Part shown: in pieces, positions 1 through 11,046 of the stretch
Position numbering within the stretch: the first letter of the stretch is position 1
Layout: each line of letters starts with the position of its first letter
NCBI RefSeq assembly: GCF_003367075.2
Contig: NZ_CP065936.1
Span: forward strand, 270,001 to 302,000
Direction: 5' to 3'
Source of the DNA: Cylindrospermopsis raciborskii Cr2010
GTDB lineage: Bacteria; Cyanobacteriota; Cyanobacteriia; Cyanobacteriales; Nostocaceae
DNA: 32,000 nucleotides
Made by a program: the position numbers and the translations under genes
Notes under the pieces: model-generated
Told to the model about the DNA's origin: nothing
The model's database searches: none
The model's input: the letters and a program-made list of their open reading frames with translations, nothing else

Positions 1-2
1 AT

Positions 3-914
3 GAAGTTCAGCAACGTCTCAATGCTTTGACAGATCTTCAAGCTGCACAGGAAGTAGTCGCGAAGGAAGCAGTATTTAAACTAGCTATAATCACTGTGGT
101 TCCTGGATCCATATCTTTGATTGGTATTGTACTACTGATATCCCTGATTATTCAGCGTCTCATCAAAGGTAGGGAATCCATCTTAGCTCAAAATGCCCAA
201 AGGGTATGGTTAACCCCCTGGAATTTGGAAATAGTCCTTCAAGTGTTTATCGTGGGATTTTTCCTCATGGGACAAGTATTTGTACCCACAATACTCCAAC
301 TACTACCTATTTCTCCCTATTCAGAAAACCTGCAAATTCAGGCTTTTTCTGTTTTGATTAGTTACATATTAGTATCCTTTGGTGCACTGTCAGTTTTATA
401 TATTTCCATTAAGCGTTATTTACCCTTACCAGAAGAATGGTTTAAGTTCCGGTTGTTCGATAATTGGTTGTTGTGGGGAATAGGTGGGTACTGTGCAGCA
501 GTTCCCATCGTGATCATAGTATCACTGATAAATCAAATTTTATGGAAGGGAGAAGGTGGAAGTAATCCTCTCTTACAAATGGCATTGGAAAACAGGGATG
601 GTGTAGCTTTAGGAATATTTTTCCTCACCGCTGCGATCGCAGCACCTTTGTTTGAGGAATTTTTGTTTCGTGGGTTCTTATTGCCATCCCTTACTTCCCA
701 TCTACCGGTTTCGTGGGCAATAGTAGTTAGTAGTTTTATATTTGCTATTGCTCACCTGAGTTTATCTGAAATGCTCCCACTGACCGCCTTGGGTATAGTT
801 TTAGGTGTAGTGTATACCCGGTCTCGTAATCTTTTGGCCCCTATGCTTCTCCATGGACTATGGAATAGTGGTACTTTAGTCAGTTTATTTATTTTGGGTG
901 GCAGCAATAGTTAG
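3..914 (+). CDS. CPBP-family intramembrane metalloprotease (CAAX protease-like), 5' end outside the window
   Basis: Hydrophobic multi-TM protein with FEEFLFRGFLLP and a C-terminal LLAPMLLHGLWN motif. The track starts at a TTG at 27, but the frame is open to the window edge (..VQQRLNALTDLQAAQEVV), so the true start is probably upstream. Confidence 0.88.
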   Translation, partial: EVQQRLNALTDLQAAQEVVAKEAVFKLAIITVVPGSISLIGIVLLISLIIQRLIKGRESILAQNAQRVWLTPWNLEIVLQVFIVGFFLMGQVFVPTILQLLPISPYSENLQIQAFSVLISYILVSFGALSVLYISIKRYLPLPEEWFKFRLFDNWLLWGIGGYCAAVPIVIIVSLINQILWKGEGGSNPLLQMALENRDGVALGIFFLTAAIAAPLFEEFLFRGFLLPSLTSHLPVSWAIVVSSFIFAIAHLSLSEMLPLTALGIVLGVVYTRSRNLLAPMLLHGLWNSGTLVSLFILGGSNS

Positions 915-951
915 GGACCCATAGCAACACACCTCTATAAGCTTTGCTCCA

Positions 952-979
952 GGGAGATCCACTACCTGGATCCCCTTTT
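952..979 (+). terminator. Rho-independent-like terminator after the CPBP gene
   Basis: GGG-a-GATCCA / ctacc / TGGATC-CCC followed by TTTT. Arms are 952-954+956-961 and 967-975. It sits between convergent genes. Confidence 0.6.
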
Positions 980-1175
980 AATAGGCCAAGGTTTCTAAGG
1001 TCTCTCTTAAATACTTTTGCACTTGCTGTTCTAATCGTAAACCTGTTAGCTTTGATTTGCTTTCTAGTTGCCAGCGTTGAAAACCAGAGGTAGTAGAGAT
1101 GGCATATTTTAGGTTTTGCCAAACTTGGTCGTCATAAGTAAGGTCTGGACTCTTAGGTGCCGAAATACGAATCAT
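978..1175 (-). CDS. Small conserved cyanobacterial-type hypothetical protein (65 aa)
   Basis: Intact ORF (MIRISAPKSPDLTYDDQVWQNLKYAISTTSGFQRW...) between CPBP and infB, with protein-like composition. Confidence 0.65.
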   Translation of the reverse strand: MIRISAPKSPDLTYDDQVWQNLKYAISTTSGFQRWQLESKSKLTGLRLEQQVQKYLRETLETLAY

Positions 1176-1463
1176 AGTTTATCACTCTTCTTCTAAAACT
1201 TATATGTACTGTGTTTAGCTTTTTGTAGTCTACCTACGGTGAAGTAGGATTTAACGGGTATGGCATTACCAAAAGGTAATGGAGGCAAAAATTTTATTTA
1301 ATCTTTTCTCAATATAACCTTCTCCTTCCATTAAATTCTGTGTAACGGATCACTAAAACCCAGAATATATCGGATACTTAACATTAGAAATAATAAGCAG
1401 GTAAGTGCCGGGTTGTAAAAAGGTTGCACCATTTTGTAACCCAGCATCCCAGAACCACAACGC

Positions 1464-4400
1464 CTACTTAGTTAAGGTGAGGGTACGACGTTTAGTTACC
1501 ATTTGATAAGCTTCAATTATATCACCCTCGATCCAATCATGAAACTTTTCAATACCAATACCACATTCGTAGCCAGAGTTCACCTCCCGAACGTCTTCCT
1601 TCATGCGTTTCAGAGAATCCAATACTCCTTCATAGATGACCTTACTATGGCGACGAATTCTCACCTTACAATTACGCACCAGTTTTCCAGATTGAACATA
1701 ACAACCAGCAACTGCACCGCGTCCCACGGGGAAAACAGCACGCACTTCCGTTTGTCCGAGGGGTTCTTCAACTAGCTCCGGTTCTAGCAGACCTTCTAGG
1801 GCACCTTGGATATCTTCCAATAGTTTGTAGATGATATTGTATTCCCTCACATCCACACCTGCTTCGTCAGCTGCCTGTCTAGCACCACTAGCATAAGTAG
1901 TGTTAAAACCAATAATTACTGCATTACTAGCAGCAGCTAGGTCAATATCAGTTTCTGTGATTTCCCCTGCTGTAGCCAACAACAGACGAATTTGTACTTC
2001 ATTTTGAGGTATTTGCTTGAGGGAGCCAATAATCGCTTCCACAGAACCCTGAACATCCCCCTTGAGAATTAAGTTCAGTTCCTTCAACTCGCCCTCTTGA
2101 GCTTGAGCAGATAGGGTTGTGAGAGTAACCCTACCTTGTAGTAATCGAGACTGACGTTGCTTATCTGCACGTTCACCAGCGATCGCTCGTGCTTCCTTCT
2201 CATTTTCAAAGACTTCAAACTCATCTCCTGCAGCAGGAACATCGCTTAAGCCCAGGACTTCCACAGCGGAGGAGGGGGTAGCAGCATCTACCCTACGACC
2301 TCTGTCATCAACCATGGCTCGAACCTTACCGAATGCGGATCCTGCTACTAACATATCCCCCACATGGAGACTACCATTTTGAATTAACAAGGTAGCCACA
2401 GCTCCCTTAGCCTTATCCAAATGAGCTTCAATCACCGTTCCCTTAGCAGCGCGATTGGGATTAGCGGAAAGTTCAGCCACCTCTGCTACCAATAAGACCA
2501 TTTCCAGTAGGGTATCCAGATTTTCACCCTTAATAGCGCTAACAGGAACCATAATTGTTTCTCCACCCCAGTCTTCTGCGGTTAATCCATAATTAGTCAA
2601 TTCCTGTTTAACCCTTTCTGGTTGGGCACCCTCTTTATCAATCTTATTAATAGCTACAACAATAGGTACACCAGCTGCTTGAGCGTGACTAATAGCCTCT
2701 ATCGTTTGAGGGCGCACACCATCATCAGCAGCTACCACTAAGATGGCAATATCTGTTACTCTCGCCCCCCTAGCTCGCATGGCAGTAAAAGCTTCGTGAC
2801 CGGGAGTATCCAGGAAGACGATTTGTTGAGTTTTCCCCTCATGTTCCACATCTACATGGTAAGCGCCAATGTGCTGAGTAATACCACCAGCTTCCCCAGC
2901 AGCCACCTTAGTTTTACGGATAGAATCCAGGAGAGTAGTTTTCCCGTGGTCCACATGACCCATAATAGTTACTACGGGAGGACGACGAATCAGATGGTCT
3001 AGATCCTCAATGTCAATCATTTCCGTAACCTTGCGGGCCTCAGCTTCCGGTTCCGCCGTTTCCACTTCTACCTCTAGTTCTTTGGCCACCAGGGTAATAG
3101 TAGGAATATCCAGACTTTGGGTGATACTTACCGCCATAGCCTTCATAAACAGAATTTTGACGATTTCCGTATCAGCAACTAGCAGGGCTTCTGCTAATTC
3201 TTGCACAGTCATTGGTCCTGTCACAATTAGCTTGTTGGGTCGTTCTTGTAATTCAACCTCCGTTGTTTGTTGGCGACGATTTTGGTCACGCTGAGCACCG
3301 GGTTTTTTATGGCGACCTGTTGGGGGAGCCACCGCCAAAGCAGGTTGTTGGATAGCCTTGGGTGCTTTCGGTTTAGGTGGACGAGCTATAGATAAACTAA
3401 CTTGAACACTGGCGGGAATTTCCAACCCCTGTTCATTCATTAGATCATCATCCTCAAAATCATCCTCCAAAATGGGTTTAACCCGTTTGCTCTTAATACC
3501 GACCTTGGATTTTTCCTTCAGCTCGTCAATTACTTCCTCTTCTTGCCACTTCTTACCAGTTTTAGCATTGCGTGGCGGGGTTGGACGTTTCAAATCCAGC
3601 AGCGGTGGTGCTATAACCTCTTCCACCAACAGATCCTTCTTCCCTCCTCCCACCATGGGTTTTAGTGAAGTATCACCTGCTGTTTCCGACGGTCTTGTTG
3701 GTCTGGTGGGGCGTTGGATATCACCCGGTTTAGCCCCCCGATGCTCTGCTCTGATTGGGGGCGGGGTAGGACGACCAGTTTTTTGAGGTGGCGCTTGGTC
3801 TGTCGGGGGCTTAGTGGCTCTGGGTTTGCCATGTTCCTCCTCCCGACGCTGTTGACGCTCCCGTTTGAGGATGGGTTTTTCCGCTGTGGATAGGGGTTGT
3901 TCTGTATCCGAAGTTTTCTCCCCTGCTGGTCTGGATGGGGGACTGACCAATTGGGGTTTTTGTGGCTTTTCCGTTCTAGGTTTGGGCGCAGGAGGTTTTT
4001 CAGGTTTTTCCCCCTTAATTTTTTCCGGCGCTGGAGCATGGGGCTTATGATCTGTGTCTACCACCGATTTATGTGGGTTTTCAGATTGATTCTTGGGTAT
4101 GGGTCGAGTTGGTGCCGTCGGTTTCATGGGTGAGGCTGATGTAGCAAAAGTTCGTGGTTGTGATGGAAGTGTGACCGATGGGTCGGTCATATTGACACTG
4201 TCAGATGAAGCAAACTGTCCGTTGGTAGCAACTGATGCCTCTAAGGCACTGGAGGTAGTGTTTCTCAAGATTTTGGGTTTACGAATCTCCAAAATTTGTT
4301 GTTGACGAGGTGCAGCAGATCGGTTTCGGAAGCCAGGTTTCTGGGAATTTGGTTTATGGTTATTTATACCTAATTCTTTTTTTTGCGCCATTCTCGCTGC

Positions 4401-4568
4401 TGTCAGCTTTTGTGACACTTCGCGAATTTGTGTCGCTTCTGTTTCAGAAATTGTGCTGCTGTGGCTTTTGACCGCGATATTGAGCTGGTCGCAAATTGCT
4501 AATAGCTCTTTGTTATCCAAATTCAATTCCTTTGATAATTCGTAGATTCTAACTTTGCCGTTGTTCAT
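1464..4568 (-). CDS. infB: Translation initiation factor IF-2
   Basis: 1034 aa. G-domain motifs [31 protein letters not shown] and NKIDK, plus a long Pro/Lys-rich N-terminal region. Confidence 0.98.
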   Translation of the reverse strand: MNNGKVRIYELSKELNLDNKELLAICDQLNIAVKSHSSTISETEATQIREVSQKLTAARMAQKKELGINNHKPNSQKPGFRNRSAAPRQQQILEIRKPKILRNTTSSALEASVATNGQFASSDSVNMTDPSVTLPSQPRTFATSASPMKPTAPTRPIPKNQSENPHKSVVDTDHKPHAPAPEKIKGEKPEKPPAPKPRTEKPQKPQLVSPPSRPAGEKTSDTEQPLSTAEKPILKRERQQRREEEHGKPRATKPPTDQAPPQKTGRPTPPPIRAEHRGAKPGDIQRPTRPTRPSETAGDTSLKPMVGGGKKDLLVEEVIAPPLLDLKRPTPPRNAKTGKKWQEEEVIDELKEKSKVGIKSKRVKPILEDDFEDDDLMNEQGLEIPASVQVSLSIARPPKPKAPKAIQQPALAVAPPTGRHKKPGAQRDQNRRQQTTEVELQERPNKLIVTGPMTVQELAEALLVADTEIVKILFMKAMAVSITQSLDIPTITLVAKELEVEVETAEPEAEARKVTEMIDIEDLDHLIRRPPVVTIMGHVDHGKTTLLDSIRKTKVAAGEAGGITQHIGAYHVDVEHEGKTQQIVFLDTPGHEAFTAMRARGARVTDIAILVVAADDGVRPQTIEAISHAQAAGVPIVVAINKIDKEGAQPERVKQELTNYGLTAEDWGGETIMVPVSAIKGENLDTLLEMVLLVAEVAELSANPNRAAKGTVIEAHLDKAKGAVATLLIQNGSLHVGDMLVAGSAFGKVRAMVDDRGRRVDAATPSSAVEVLGLSDVPAAGDEFEVFENEKEARAIAGERADKQRQSRLLQGRVTLTTLSAQAQEGELKELNLILKGDVQGSVEAIIGSLKQIPQNEVQIRLLLATAGEITETDIDLAAASNAVIIGFNTTYASGARQAADEAGVDVREYNIIYKLLEDIQGALEGLLEPELVEEPLGQTEVRAVFPVGRGAVAGCYVQSGKLVRNCKVRIRRHSKVIYEGVLDSLKRMKEDVREVNSGYECGIGIEKFHDWIEGDIIEAYQMVTKRRTLTLTK

Positions 4569-5040
4569 CCACTCTTTCCCCTTTAATTTACAGTTTTAAC
4601 GGACGGTTGCCTGGTTTCCGACATCTCCATCCTTTGATCACTGTTTTTTAGGTTGCCCTTGGTGATGTTGTCGGTGCCTCCAAATAATTAGGAAAGAGAG
4701 ATGTTCCGGTTTCATACTGGCATCCCCACCGGTAATGATGGTTGACTGGATCCCGCAAAATTTTTTTTCATAAAAAATTTCCTTGGGCATCCTTGATGCC
4801 GAACTGCGCTTTGACGCTACCAGGTTGCCATGGTTTAGGTTTAGGTTTTGCTGATTCTGAGTTTTCCACTACAAAGTCGAGTAAAACTTATTACGGTTTT
4901 CCGGGCGTTCAGGTTTCGCGGGGTCTCCACGCACCATGTCGAATGCTCCATATAATTCTAGCAACTGAATGCTACCCTTTTTGGGGATAACATCTGTGGT
5001 ATGATAATCGGATCATAACTAGCACCAGGATTTTCTTTGG

Positions 5041-5310
5041 TCAACCCTGGTTGTGGTTATTTTCCTGACCGAGTCTTTGCCACAATGTTTCATAGACTGT
5101 TTCTGGAACTGTTCCCTTTAGGGAGCGCCCTAGTTTATTTTTCCTCTGTGCCTTATGCAGGCAGTCGGCTTGAGGGCAAATATAAGCAGAACGCCCCATG
5201 CCCTGATCCAATTCTACCTTGCCAGATGGAAACAGACGAACAATCCTCCAAAACTCTGTCTTTGTTCCTACCCGACGACAACTAATGCAACGCCGATAGT
5301 TTGGTTTCAT
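5041..5310 (-). CDS. ylxR: YlxR-family (DUF448) RNA-binding protein
   Basis: 89 aa with RRCISCRRVGTKTEFWRIVR and GRSAYICPQADC, located between nusA and infB as in many bacteria. Confidence 0.9.
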   Translation of the reverse strand: MKPNYRRCISCRRVGTKTEFWRIVRLFPSGKVELDQGMGRSAYICPQADCLHKAQRKNKLGRSLKGTVPETVYETLWQRLGQENNHNQG

Positions 5311-5322
5311 TTGCTATTTCCT

Positions 5323-6609
5323 TTAATTTTCCTCCTCCATTGAGTTAAAGTCATCTTCCCCTGCGTCTGGATCATCTTCATATTCCTCTTCCATAACTTC
5401 AAACTGATGATCCAGTTGATTACTCTCCTCCTGATAGTTGGCTCTAACTGCTGCAAATTTGGCATCCTCCGCTCCATAATCATATTTGGCCTGGTCTTTA
5501 ATATCTATTTTCCATCCGGTTAACCGTGCAGCTAATCTCACGTTTTGACCTTCTTTGCCAATGGCTAAACTCAGCTGATCTTCAGCTACTAAAACGTGGG
5601 TCTGGCGACTTTCAGGATCCATTAAGCGTACCTCATCTACCCTAGCAGGACTCAACGCGTTAGCAATATAGGTGGCTGGATCCGGTGACCAGCGAATTAC
5701 ATCTATTTTTTCACCGCGCAATTCGTTAACCACTACTTGAATTCTTGATCCCCTAGCTCCAATGCACGCCCCTACCGGATCCACATCCCGATCTAAAGTA
5801 TCTACTGCTATTTTAGTCCTCGGACCAACATAACGGGAAGGAGGATTGGCCTCCCGAGCTACTGCTACTATTCGCACTACCTCATCCTCTATTTCTGGCA
5901 CCTCGTTAGCGAATAAGTAAACTACTAATCCTGCATCCGCACGAGATACTAGCAATTGTGGCCCTCTTTGTTGTCCTTGAGAAACTTTTTTTAAGTATAC
6001 CTTAAATGTTGCATTAGATCTATAAGTATCATTTGGCAATTGTTCCCTTTTTGGTAGTTCTGCCTCCACCTCTGGCTGACCAAAACTACTACTAACTGCT
6101 AATATTACAGATTGTCTTTCAAATCTTAAAACTCTTGCTTGTAAAACCGTACCTTCTAAGTCTTGAAATTCTTCCTGCACCATTTGACGCTGTTGGTCTC
6201 GCAACTTCTGTGCTAAAACCTGTTTGGTTTGCATGGCTGCCATGCGTCCAAACTCCCCTTGATCTGGTGTCACATCTAAGACTACTGAATCCCCAGATTG
6301 AGCCTCAGGCGCTACCTGTTGCACTTCATCTAAGGAAATCTGATGATCACCATTGGTTACTTCTTCTACGATTGTTTTGGTGGAAAGAACCCGAAATCCC
6401 TCCCCATCAATATCTAGTTCTACCTCAAAGTTATCAAAATAATTTTCGTCAAATTGTCTGCGCTCTAAATTCTGGGCGCGGCGGTAGCGTTCATAACCTT
6501 TAAGTAGTGCCTCCCTAATGGATGATTGTACTGCTAAACGGGGTAAATTTCGCTCTAGGCTAATTTTTTCAATTAAATCTTTTAATCCGGGTAAAGTAAC
6601 CATTGACAT
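5323..6609 (-). CDS. nusA: Transcription termination/antitermination factor NusA
   Basis: 428 aa with VGACIGARGSRIQVVVNELRGEKIDVIRW and LAIGKEGQNVRLAARLTGWKIDI KH motifs. Confidence 0.97.
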   Translation of the reverse strand: MSMVTLPGLKDLIEKISLERNLPRLAVQSSIREALLKGYERYRRAQNLERRQFDENYFDNFEVELDIDGEGFRVLSTKTIVEEVTNGDHQISLDEVQQVAPEAQSGDSVVLDVTPDQGEFGRMAAMQTKQVLAQKLRDQQRQMVQEEFQDLEGTVLQARVLRFERQSVILAVSSSFGQPEVEAELPKREQLPNDTYRSNATFKVYLKKVSQGQQRGPQLLVSRADAGLVVYLFANEVPEIEDEVVRIVAVAREANPPSRYVGPRTKIAVDTLDRDVDPVGACIGARGSRIQVVVNELRGEKIDVIRWSPDPATYIANALSPARVDEVRLMDPESRQTHVLVAEDQLSLAIGKEGQNVRLAARLTGWKIDIKDQAKYDYGAEDAKFAAVRANYQEESNQLDHQFEVMEEEYEDDPDAGEDDFNSMEEEN

Positions 6610-6816
6610 AAGCAGTCTCCTTAATCCTTAATTTTTATCCGTGCAAACGCTGCAATTTTGCACTGTTTATGTTGCCAATTTTTAGGAAAATCGTTGACTA
6701 ATTTTATAGCTTTGGTAAGAACGCTTAAAACAGGTTTATGGCGTGACTGCTGGATAGACGTTCTAGATCGCTATATCTCTATATTTTCTCAATCACATAA
6801 AAAAATCTCAATTTCA

Positions 6817-7278
6817 TTAGGGGTGATCATCTAATTGCACCTTGGTAACCAGGGATCTGAGAATTTCTACTACACGACCCTTTTGATTTAAGTAAATTTT
6901 TGTTTCATCTCGACGAATCAACTGACCTCTCCATTCTTTTTCTCCATCATCGGGATCACAGGTAGATACAACTACAGGAAATCCTTTAAAGGAAATAAAT
7001 TCCCTGTCAGTTGCCAATTCCCTCGAAATCCCTGGGCTAGATACTTCTAAAACATAAGTGTCTGGAATAATCTCAGCTGCGTCTAGGGAACTTTCTAAAG
7101 CACGGCTCATCTTTTCACAATCGTTTAGACTAGTATCTTGTTGAGGATTGCGAATATCTACACGCAAAATGGGAGGACGCTGGTTTGTATGAAAAACCAT
7201 GCCCACAACTTCCAGTCCTAGTTCTGCTGCTAGTGGAGTCGCTAATTCAATAATTTGTGGAACTAAGGGATGAGTCAT
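6817..7278 (-). CDS. rimP: Ribosome maturation factor RimP
   Basis: [21 protein letters not shown]...[20 protein letters not shown]. The track start is a GTG at 7311. I prefer the ATG at 7278 ([10 protein letters not shown]) because the extension [11 protein letters not shown] is encoded by a terminator-like hairpin and its U-tract. Confidence 0.92.
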   Translation of the reverse strand: MTHPLVPQIIELATPLAAELGLEVVGMVFHTNQRPPILRVDIRNPQQDTSLNDCEKMSRALESSLDAAEIIPDTYVLEVSSPGISRELATDREFISFKGFPVVVSTCDPDDGEKEWRGQLIRRDETKIYLNQKGRVVEILRSLVTKVQLDDHP

Positions 7279-7291
7279 GCGATAATTGAAT

Positions 7292-7317
7292 AAAAAAAAG
7301 TGGGCACCCACCCACTT
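7292..7317 (-). terminator. Terminator/attenuator-like hairpin just upstream of rimP
   Basis: Minus-strand reading: AAGTGGG-TGGGTG-CCCACTT followed by TTTTTT. Perfect 7-bp arms (7298-7304 / 7311-7317), 6-nt loop. Confidence 0.65.
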
Positions 7318-7460
7318 CCGGCGATAGGGATATCTTCCCAGAAGTCTGAGACGAACTTTTTTAGGTTTGTCTCTCTATGCTAGTGTAATCTATTTTTTTG
7401 CTGTTGACACCCTGCTACCAATTAACTGGCAAGAAAAATTCTGCGATCGCCTGATTTTGT

Positions 7461-8855
7461 TCACACTGCTTTAGACCGCATTTTTCTCGTCTGCTCTATA
7501 ATTTGCTCTATGTCTTCTTGGGACAATCGCTGCACATAGTTTATTTTTACCTCTTCTAAAAGGTCATTTAGCAAACTTTGGAGTTCTACTAGTATGTGTT
7601 TTGCCTGTATTTCTCCTGATAATGTAGTTGTAAATTTACCAATTAAGTCCTTAAAAATTTGAGCGGTTAGGGGATCTTTACTGACTTTAGTCATTATTGA
7701 ATAAAGATTTTTGCCAATTTGGTCAGCTATCTCTCCACTGAGTTGATTTTGTACCTGGCTCAATCCTGGCAGCTGTAACAGGTTGCGATAAATTGGGACT
7801 TGTTCTAAGGCCCCTTCCATACTACGACTCAAAATGGCATTGATTTCCGGTTGAACCTTAGGCATAACAGTATCAATTAAAATACGTATTAATATTCCTG
7901 ATATTGCCTCTATTTCATTAATGTTATTAATATCTATATACTCACGTTCATTTTGTTTAGGGTCGAACCAACGACTAATATCACTATGTTGAATCGAGAA
8001 CTGAATTTGATTAATCACCCGCACCACAACAATTTCCGTGATTTCTTCGGCAAAATTAGCGACTATACCCTGGTGAATCTGTTTTCTTACTAAATATAAG
8101 TTTATAAGATTTGATTGGTCTAGACGTACAACGACTGGTACAATACGTAGCCAGCGCCAAAAGGGAAACAACAGAAATAGATCATACCAACGCCATAAAA
8201 TTGCCTCCAACCAACTAAGATGAGAGTTTTGACGCTTAATATAAAAACTCCGCCATAACAGTTCCAACCCAAATACAGCTACAAATGGTAAATCAACTAA
8301 CCAAAAATTATTGATCAACTCCCCATTTTCGCCAATTCTCCGGTAGTAATTACTAGCAATACTAGGGAGAATTTGCCGATTAAAAAATTCAATTTCTTCT
8401 ACCCATCGTCCCTGGGATAAATATTCCGGACTCCAGAAAATTGTAAAAGCGCTCTTTGATGACTCCTGACCTACTCTTTCCCGCATGCGGTTTTTAATTT
8501 TTTCTAGGGTTCCACTTTTCCCAGATCCCGCAAAGGGGTTACTATCAATCATATCCATGCTCATACGGCGAATTTCTGCCAGTTTAGTTTTTACAGCAGG
8601 GGAACCTAAACCACTTTCACTCACCTGGACTTGTAAACTGGCTATATTATTTAAATAGTTTACCGTATCTCGATGAGGTTCAATACCTTTAATTGGATCA
8701 TAAATACGACTAAGTTGGGGCAAATTGCGAAAGTAAAAATCTCGCCAAGGTACGTAACTCCAGTCAAACATCACCAGACCCAAATTAAGGGTAGCAGTGA
8801 TTGCCATCAACCTTTCTAACCATAGATGTTGTTTGGAAATTCTCAACTTACTCAT
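7461..8855 (-). CDS. Hypothetical membrane protein (464 aa)
   Basis: Long intact ORF with hydrophobic segments (LMAITATLNLGLVMFDW; PFVAVFGLELLWRSFYI; LFLLFPFWRWLRIV). No family recognised. Confidence 0.85.
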   Translation of the reverse strand: MSKLRISKQHLWLERLMAITATLNLGLVMFDWSYVPWRDFYFRNLPQLSRIYDPIKGIEPHRDTVNYLNNIASLQVQVSESGLGSPAVKTKLAEIRRMSMDMIDSNPFAGSGKSGTLEKIKNRMRERVGQESSKSAFTIFWSPEYLSQGRWVEEIEFFNRQILPSIASNYYRRIGENGELINNFWLVDLPFVAVFGLELLWRSFYIKRQNSHLSWLEAILWRWYDLFLLFPFWRWLRIVPVVVRLDQSNLINLYLVRKQIHQGIVANFAEEITEIVVVRVINQIQFSIQHSDISRWFDPKQNEREYIDINNINEIEAISGILIRILIDTVMPKVQPEINAILSRSMEGALEQVPIYRNLLQLPGLSQVQNQLSGEIADQIGKNLYSIMTKVSKDPLTAQIFKDLIGKFTTTLSGEIQAKHILVELQSLLNDLLEEVKINYVQRLSQEDIEQIIEQTRKMRSKAV

Positions 8856-8989
8856 ATATAATTGGGTTGCTCACTAGAAACTAGATAGTAATCTTACATG
8901 TAGTTAAATACACAAGAATGTTATAAATCTTAAAGGTTTGTTACCTCGGGTTATCTATAGAAATTCAATCAGTCCTAATTGCATTTAAT

Positions 8990-10111
8990 ATGTCAAACTA
9001 CCAGAGAAATGATCTACCAAATTTACTAGTCACCGGTGGCGCGGGATTCATCGGGTCTAACTTTGTCCTGCATGCTAGAAGGTTAGGCTATGGTAACATA
9101 ATTAATCTAGATAAGCTAACTTATGCCAGTAACCTACAAAACCTGACTGAGATAGAACGGAATGAAAAATATCAAGAGGGTTATAGATTCATTCAAGGAG
9201 ATATTGGTAACTCTGAGCTAGTGAGTTACCTATTAGAAGAGTATGAAGTAGATGCAGTCATAAATTTTGCAGCAGAAACACATGTTGATCGTTCTATTTT
9301 TAGTCCGGGGAATTTTATTGAAACTAATGTAGTTGGAACCTTTAAGCTTCTGGAAGCCAGTAAAACCTACTGGCAAAAACTGTCATCTAAAAAACAGGAA
9401 TCCTTCCGATTTTTACATATATCCACAGATGAAGTGTATGGTTCTTTAAATGCTGAAGATACAGCTTTTCGAGAAGATAGCCAATATGCGCCTAACAGTC
9501 CCTATGCAGCATCTAAAGCATCCGCAGATCATCTTGTTCGTTCTTACCATCATACCTATGGACTACCGACCTTAACGACCAATTGTTCTAATAATTATGG
9601 ACCATTACAATTTCCTGAAAAACTGATTCCCTTAATGATTATCAACGCTATAAATGGTAAGCCCCTACCCATATATGGTGATGGTCAAAACATCCGGGAT
9701 TGGTTATATGTCACAGATCACTGTGATGCCATTTATCTAGTTCTGCAAGAGGGTAGAATTGGTGAAAATTATAATATTGGGGGAATGAATGAACAAACGA
9801 ACTTAGTAGTTGTGAACAAGATTTGTGAGATCTTGGAAAGACTAGCGCCCAAACCCAACTGTGAATACTCATCCCTAATTACCTTTATTAAAGACCGTCC
9901 TGGTCATGACCGTCGGTATGCGATTGATTGTAGTAAAATTGCCAAAGAATTAGGTTGGCAACCCAAAGAGAACTTTGAGAGTGGATTAATCAAAACAGTG
10001 CGTTGGTATCTAGATAATGCAGCCTGGGTAGAATCTATCCTTAGTGGAGCATACCAAAACTGGATCAAACAGAACTATGAATCTCGTGAAACATCACAGT
10101 TAAAGGGGTAA
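8990..10111 (+). CDS. rfbB: dTDP-glucose 4,6-dehydratase
   Basis: [53 protein letters not shown]. Confidence 0.96.
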   Translation: MSNYQRNDLPNLLVTGGAGFIGSNFVLHARRLGYGNIINLDKLTYASNLQNLTEIERNEKYQEGYRFIQGDIGNSELVSYLLEEYEVDAVINFAAETHVDRSIFSPGNFIETNVVGTFKLLEASKTYWQKLSSKKQESFRFLHISTDEVYGSLNAEDTAFREDSQYAPNSPYAASKASADHLVRSYHHTYGLPTLTTNCSNNYGPLQFPEKLIPLMIINAINGKPLPIYGDGQNIRDWLYVTDHCDAIYLVLQEGRIGENYNIGGMNEQTNLVVVNKICEILERLAPKPNCEYSSLITFIKDRPGHDRRYAIDCSKIAKELGWQPKENFESGLIKTVRWYLDNAAWVESILSGAYQNWIKQNYESRETSQLKG

Positions 10112-10113
10112 CA

Positions 10114-10995
10114 ATGAAAGGAATTATTCTAGCAGGTGGTTCAGGGACAAGACTTTATCCCCTGACTCAGGTAGTTAGTAAACAGCTGATGTCTGTTTAT
10201 GACAAGCCCATGATTTACTATCCTTTATCCGTACTAATGTTAGCGGGAATCAAAGAAATTTTGATTATTTCTACACCCAGAGACTTGCCACTATTTGAAA
10301 AACTGTTGAAGGATGGTAGTCAATGGGGATTAAAGTTTAGTTATGTGGAGCAACCAAAACCAGAAGGATTGGCCCAGGCTTTTATTTTGGGGAAGGACTT
10401 CATCAAAAACCAGCCCGTTTGTTTGATTTTAGGAGATAATATATTTTATGGACATGGGTTAACAGAAATTTTAACTCGTGCTGTGCAACTAGAGCATGGA
10501 GGGTTAGTATTTGGTTATAAAGTCACCCAACCAGAAAACTATGGTGTGATTGAATTTAACCATTTAGGAAAGGCAATTAGTATTGAAGAAAAACCAAAAA
10601 TTCCCAAATCAAAATATGCTGTTCCTGGCATTTATTTTTATGATGATCAGGTAGTAGAAATCGCTACTAGTTTAAAACCTTCTGCGCGGGGTGAATTAGA
10701 AATTACAGATATCAATTTGACCTATCTCCGACAAGAGCAATTAAGGGTGGAAATTTTGGGACGTGGATATGCTTGGTTAGATACGGGTACCCATGATTCC
10801 TTACATAAAGCTAGTAATTTCATTTATACTTTAGAAGAAAGACAGGGGGTAAAAATTGCCTGCATTGAGGAAATTGCCTACAATCAGGGATATATTGATC
10901 GTCCCCAACTCCAGTTCTTAGTAGATTCTATGGGTAAAAGTAGTTATGGGATGTATTTGCGACGAATTTTACAAGATGAAATTACTTTTAAATAG
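10114..10995 (+). CDS. rfbA: Glucose-1-phosphate thymidylyltransferase
   Basis: [39 protein letters not shown] signature; starts 3 nt after rfbB. Confidence 0.97.
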   Translation: MKGIILAGGSGTRLYPLTQVVSKQLMSVYDKPMIYYPLSVLMLAGIKEILIISTPRDLPLFEKLLKDGSQWGLKFSYVEQPKPEGLAQAFILGKDFIKNQPVCLILGDNIFYGHGLTEILTRAVQLEHGGLVFGYKVTQPENYGVIEFNHLGKAISIEEKPKIPKSKYAVPGIYFYDDQVVEIATSLKPSARGELEITDINLTYLRQEQLRVEILGRGYAWLDTGTHDSLHKASNFIYTLEERQGVKIACIEEIAYNQGYIDRPQLQFLVDSMGKSSYGMYLRRILQDEITFK

Positions 10996-11046
10996 TGTTT
11001 GTTAAACAATCAAATTTAAACAATCAAATAAACCCAAGAGAATTTT

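Noticed and set aside
889-1122. Minus-strand ORF 889-1122 (77 aa)
   Set aside because: Overlaps both the end of the CPBP gene and the better-supported 65-aa ORF 978-1175, and crosses a terminator-like hairpin.
1503-4305. Plus-strand ORFs antisense to infB (1503-1775, 2796-3002, 3010-3294, 3472-3786, 3865-4050, 3897-4133, 4093-4305) and the minus-frame ORF 3662-4039
   Set aside because: All lie within the strongly supported infB gene. Their translations are low-complexity or unrelated to known proteins, typical of shadow ORFs over a Pro/Lys-rich linker.
5037-6503. Plus-strand ORFs 5037-5285, 5155-5343 and 6135-6503
   Set aside because: Antisense shadows of ylxR and nusA, with no protein-like features.
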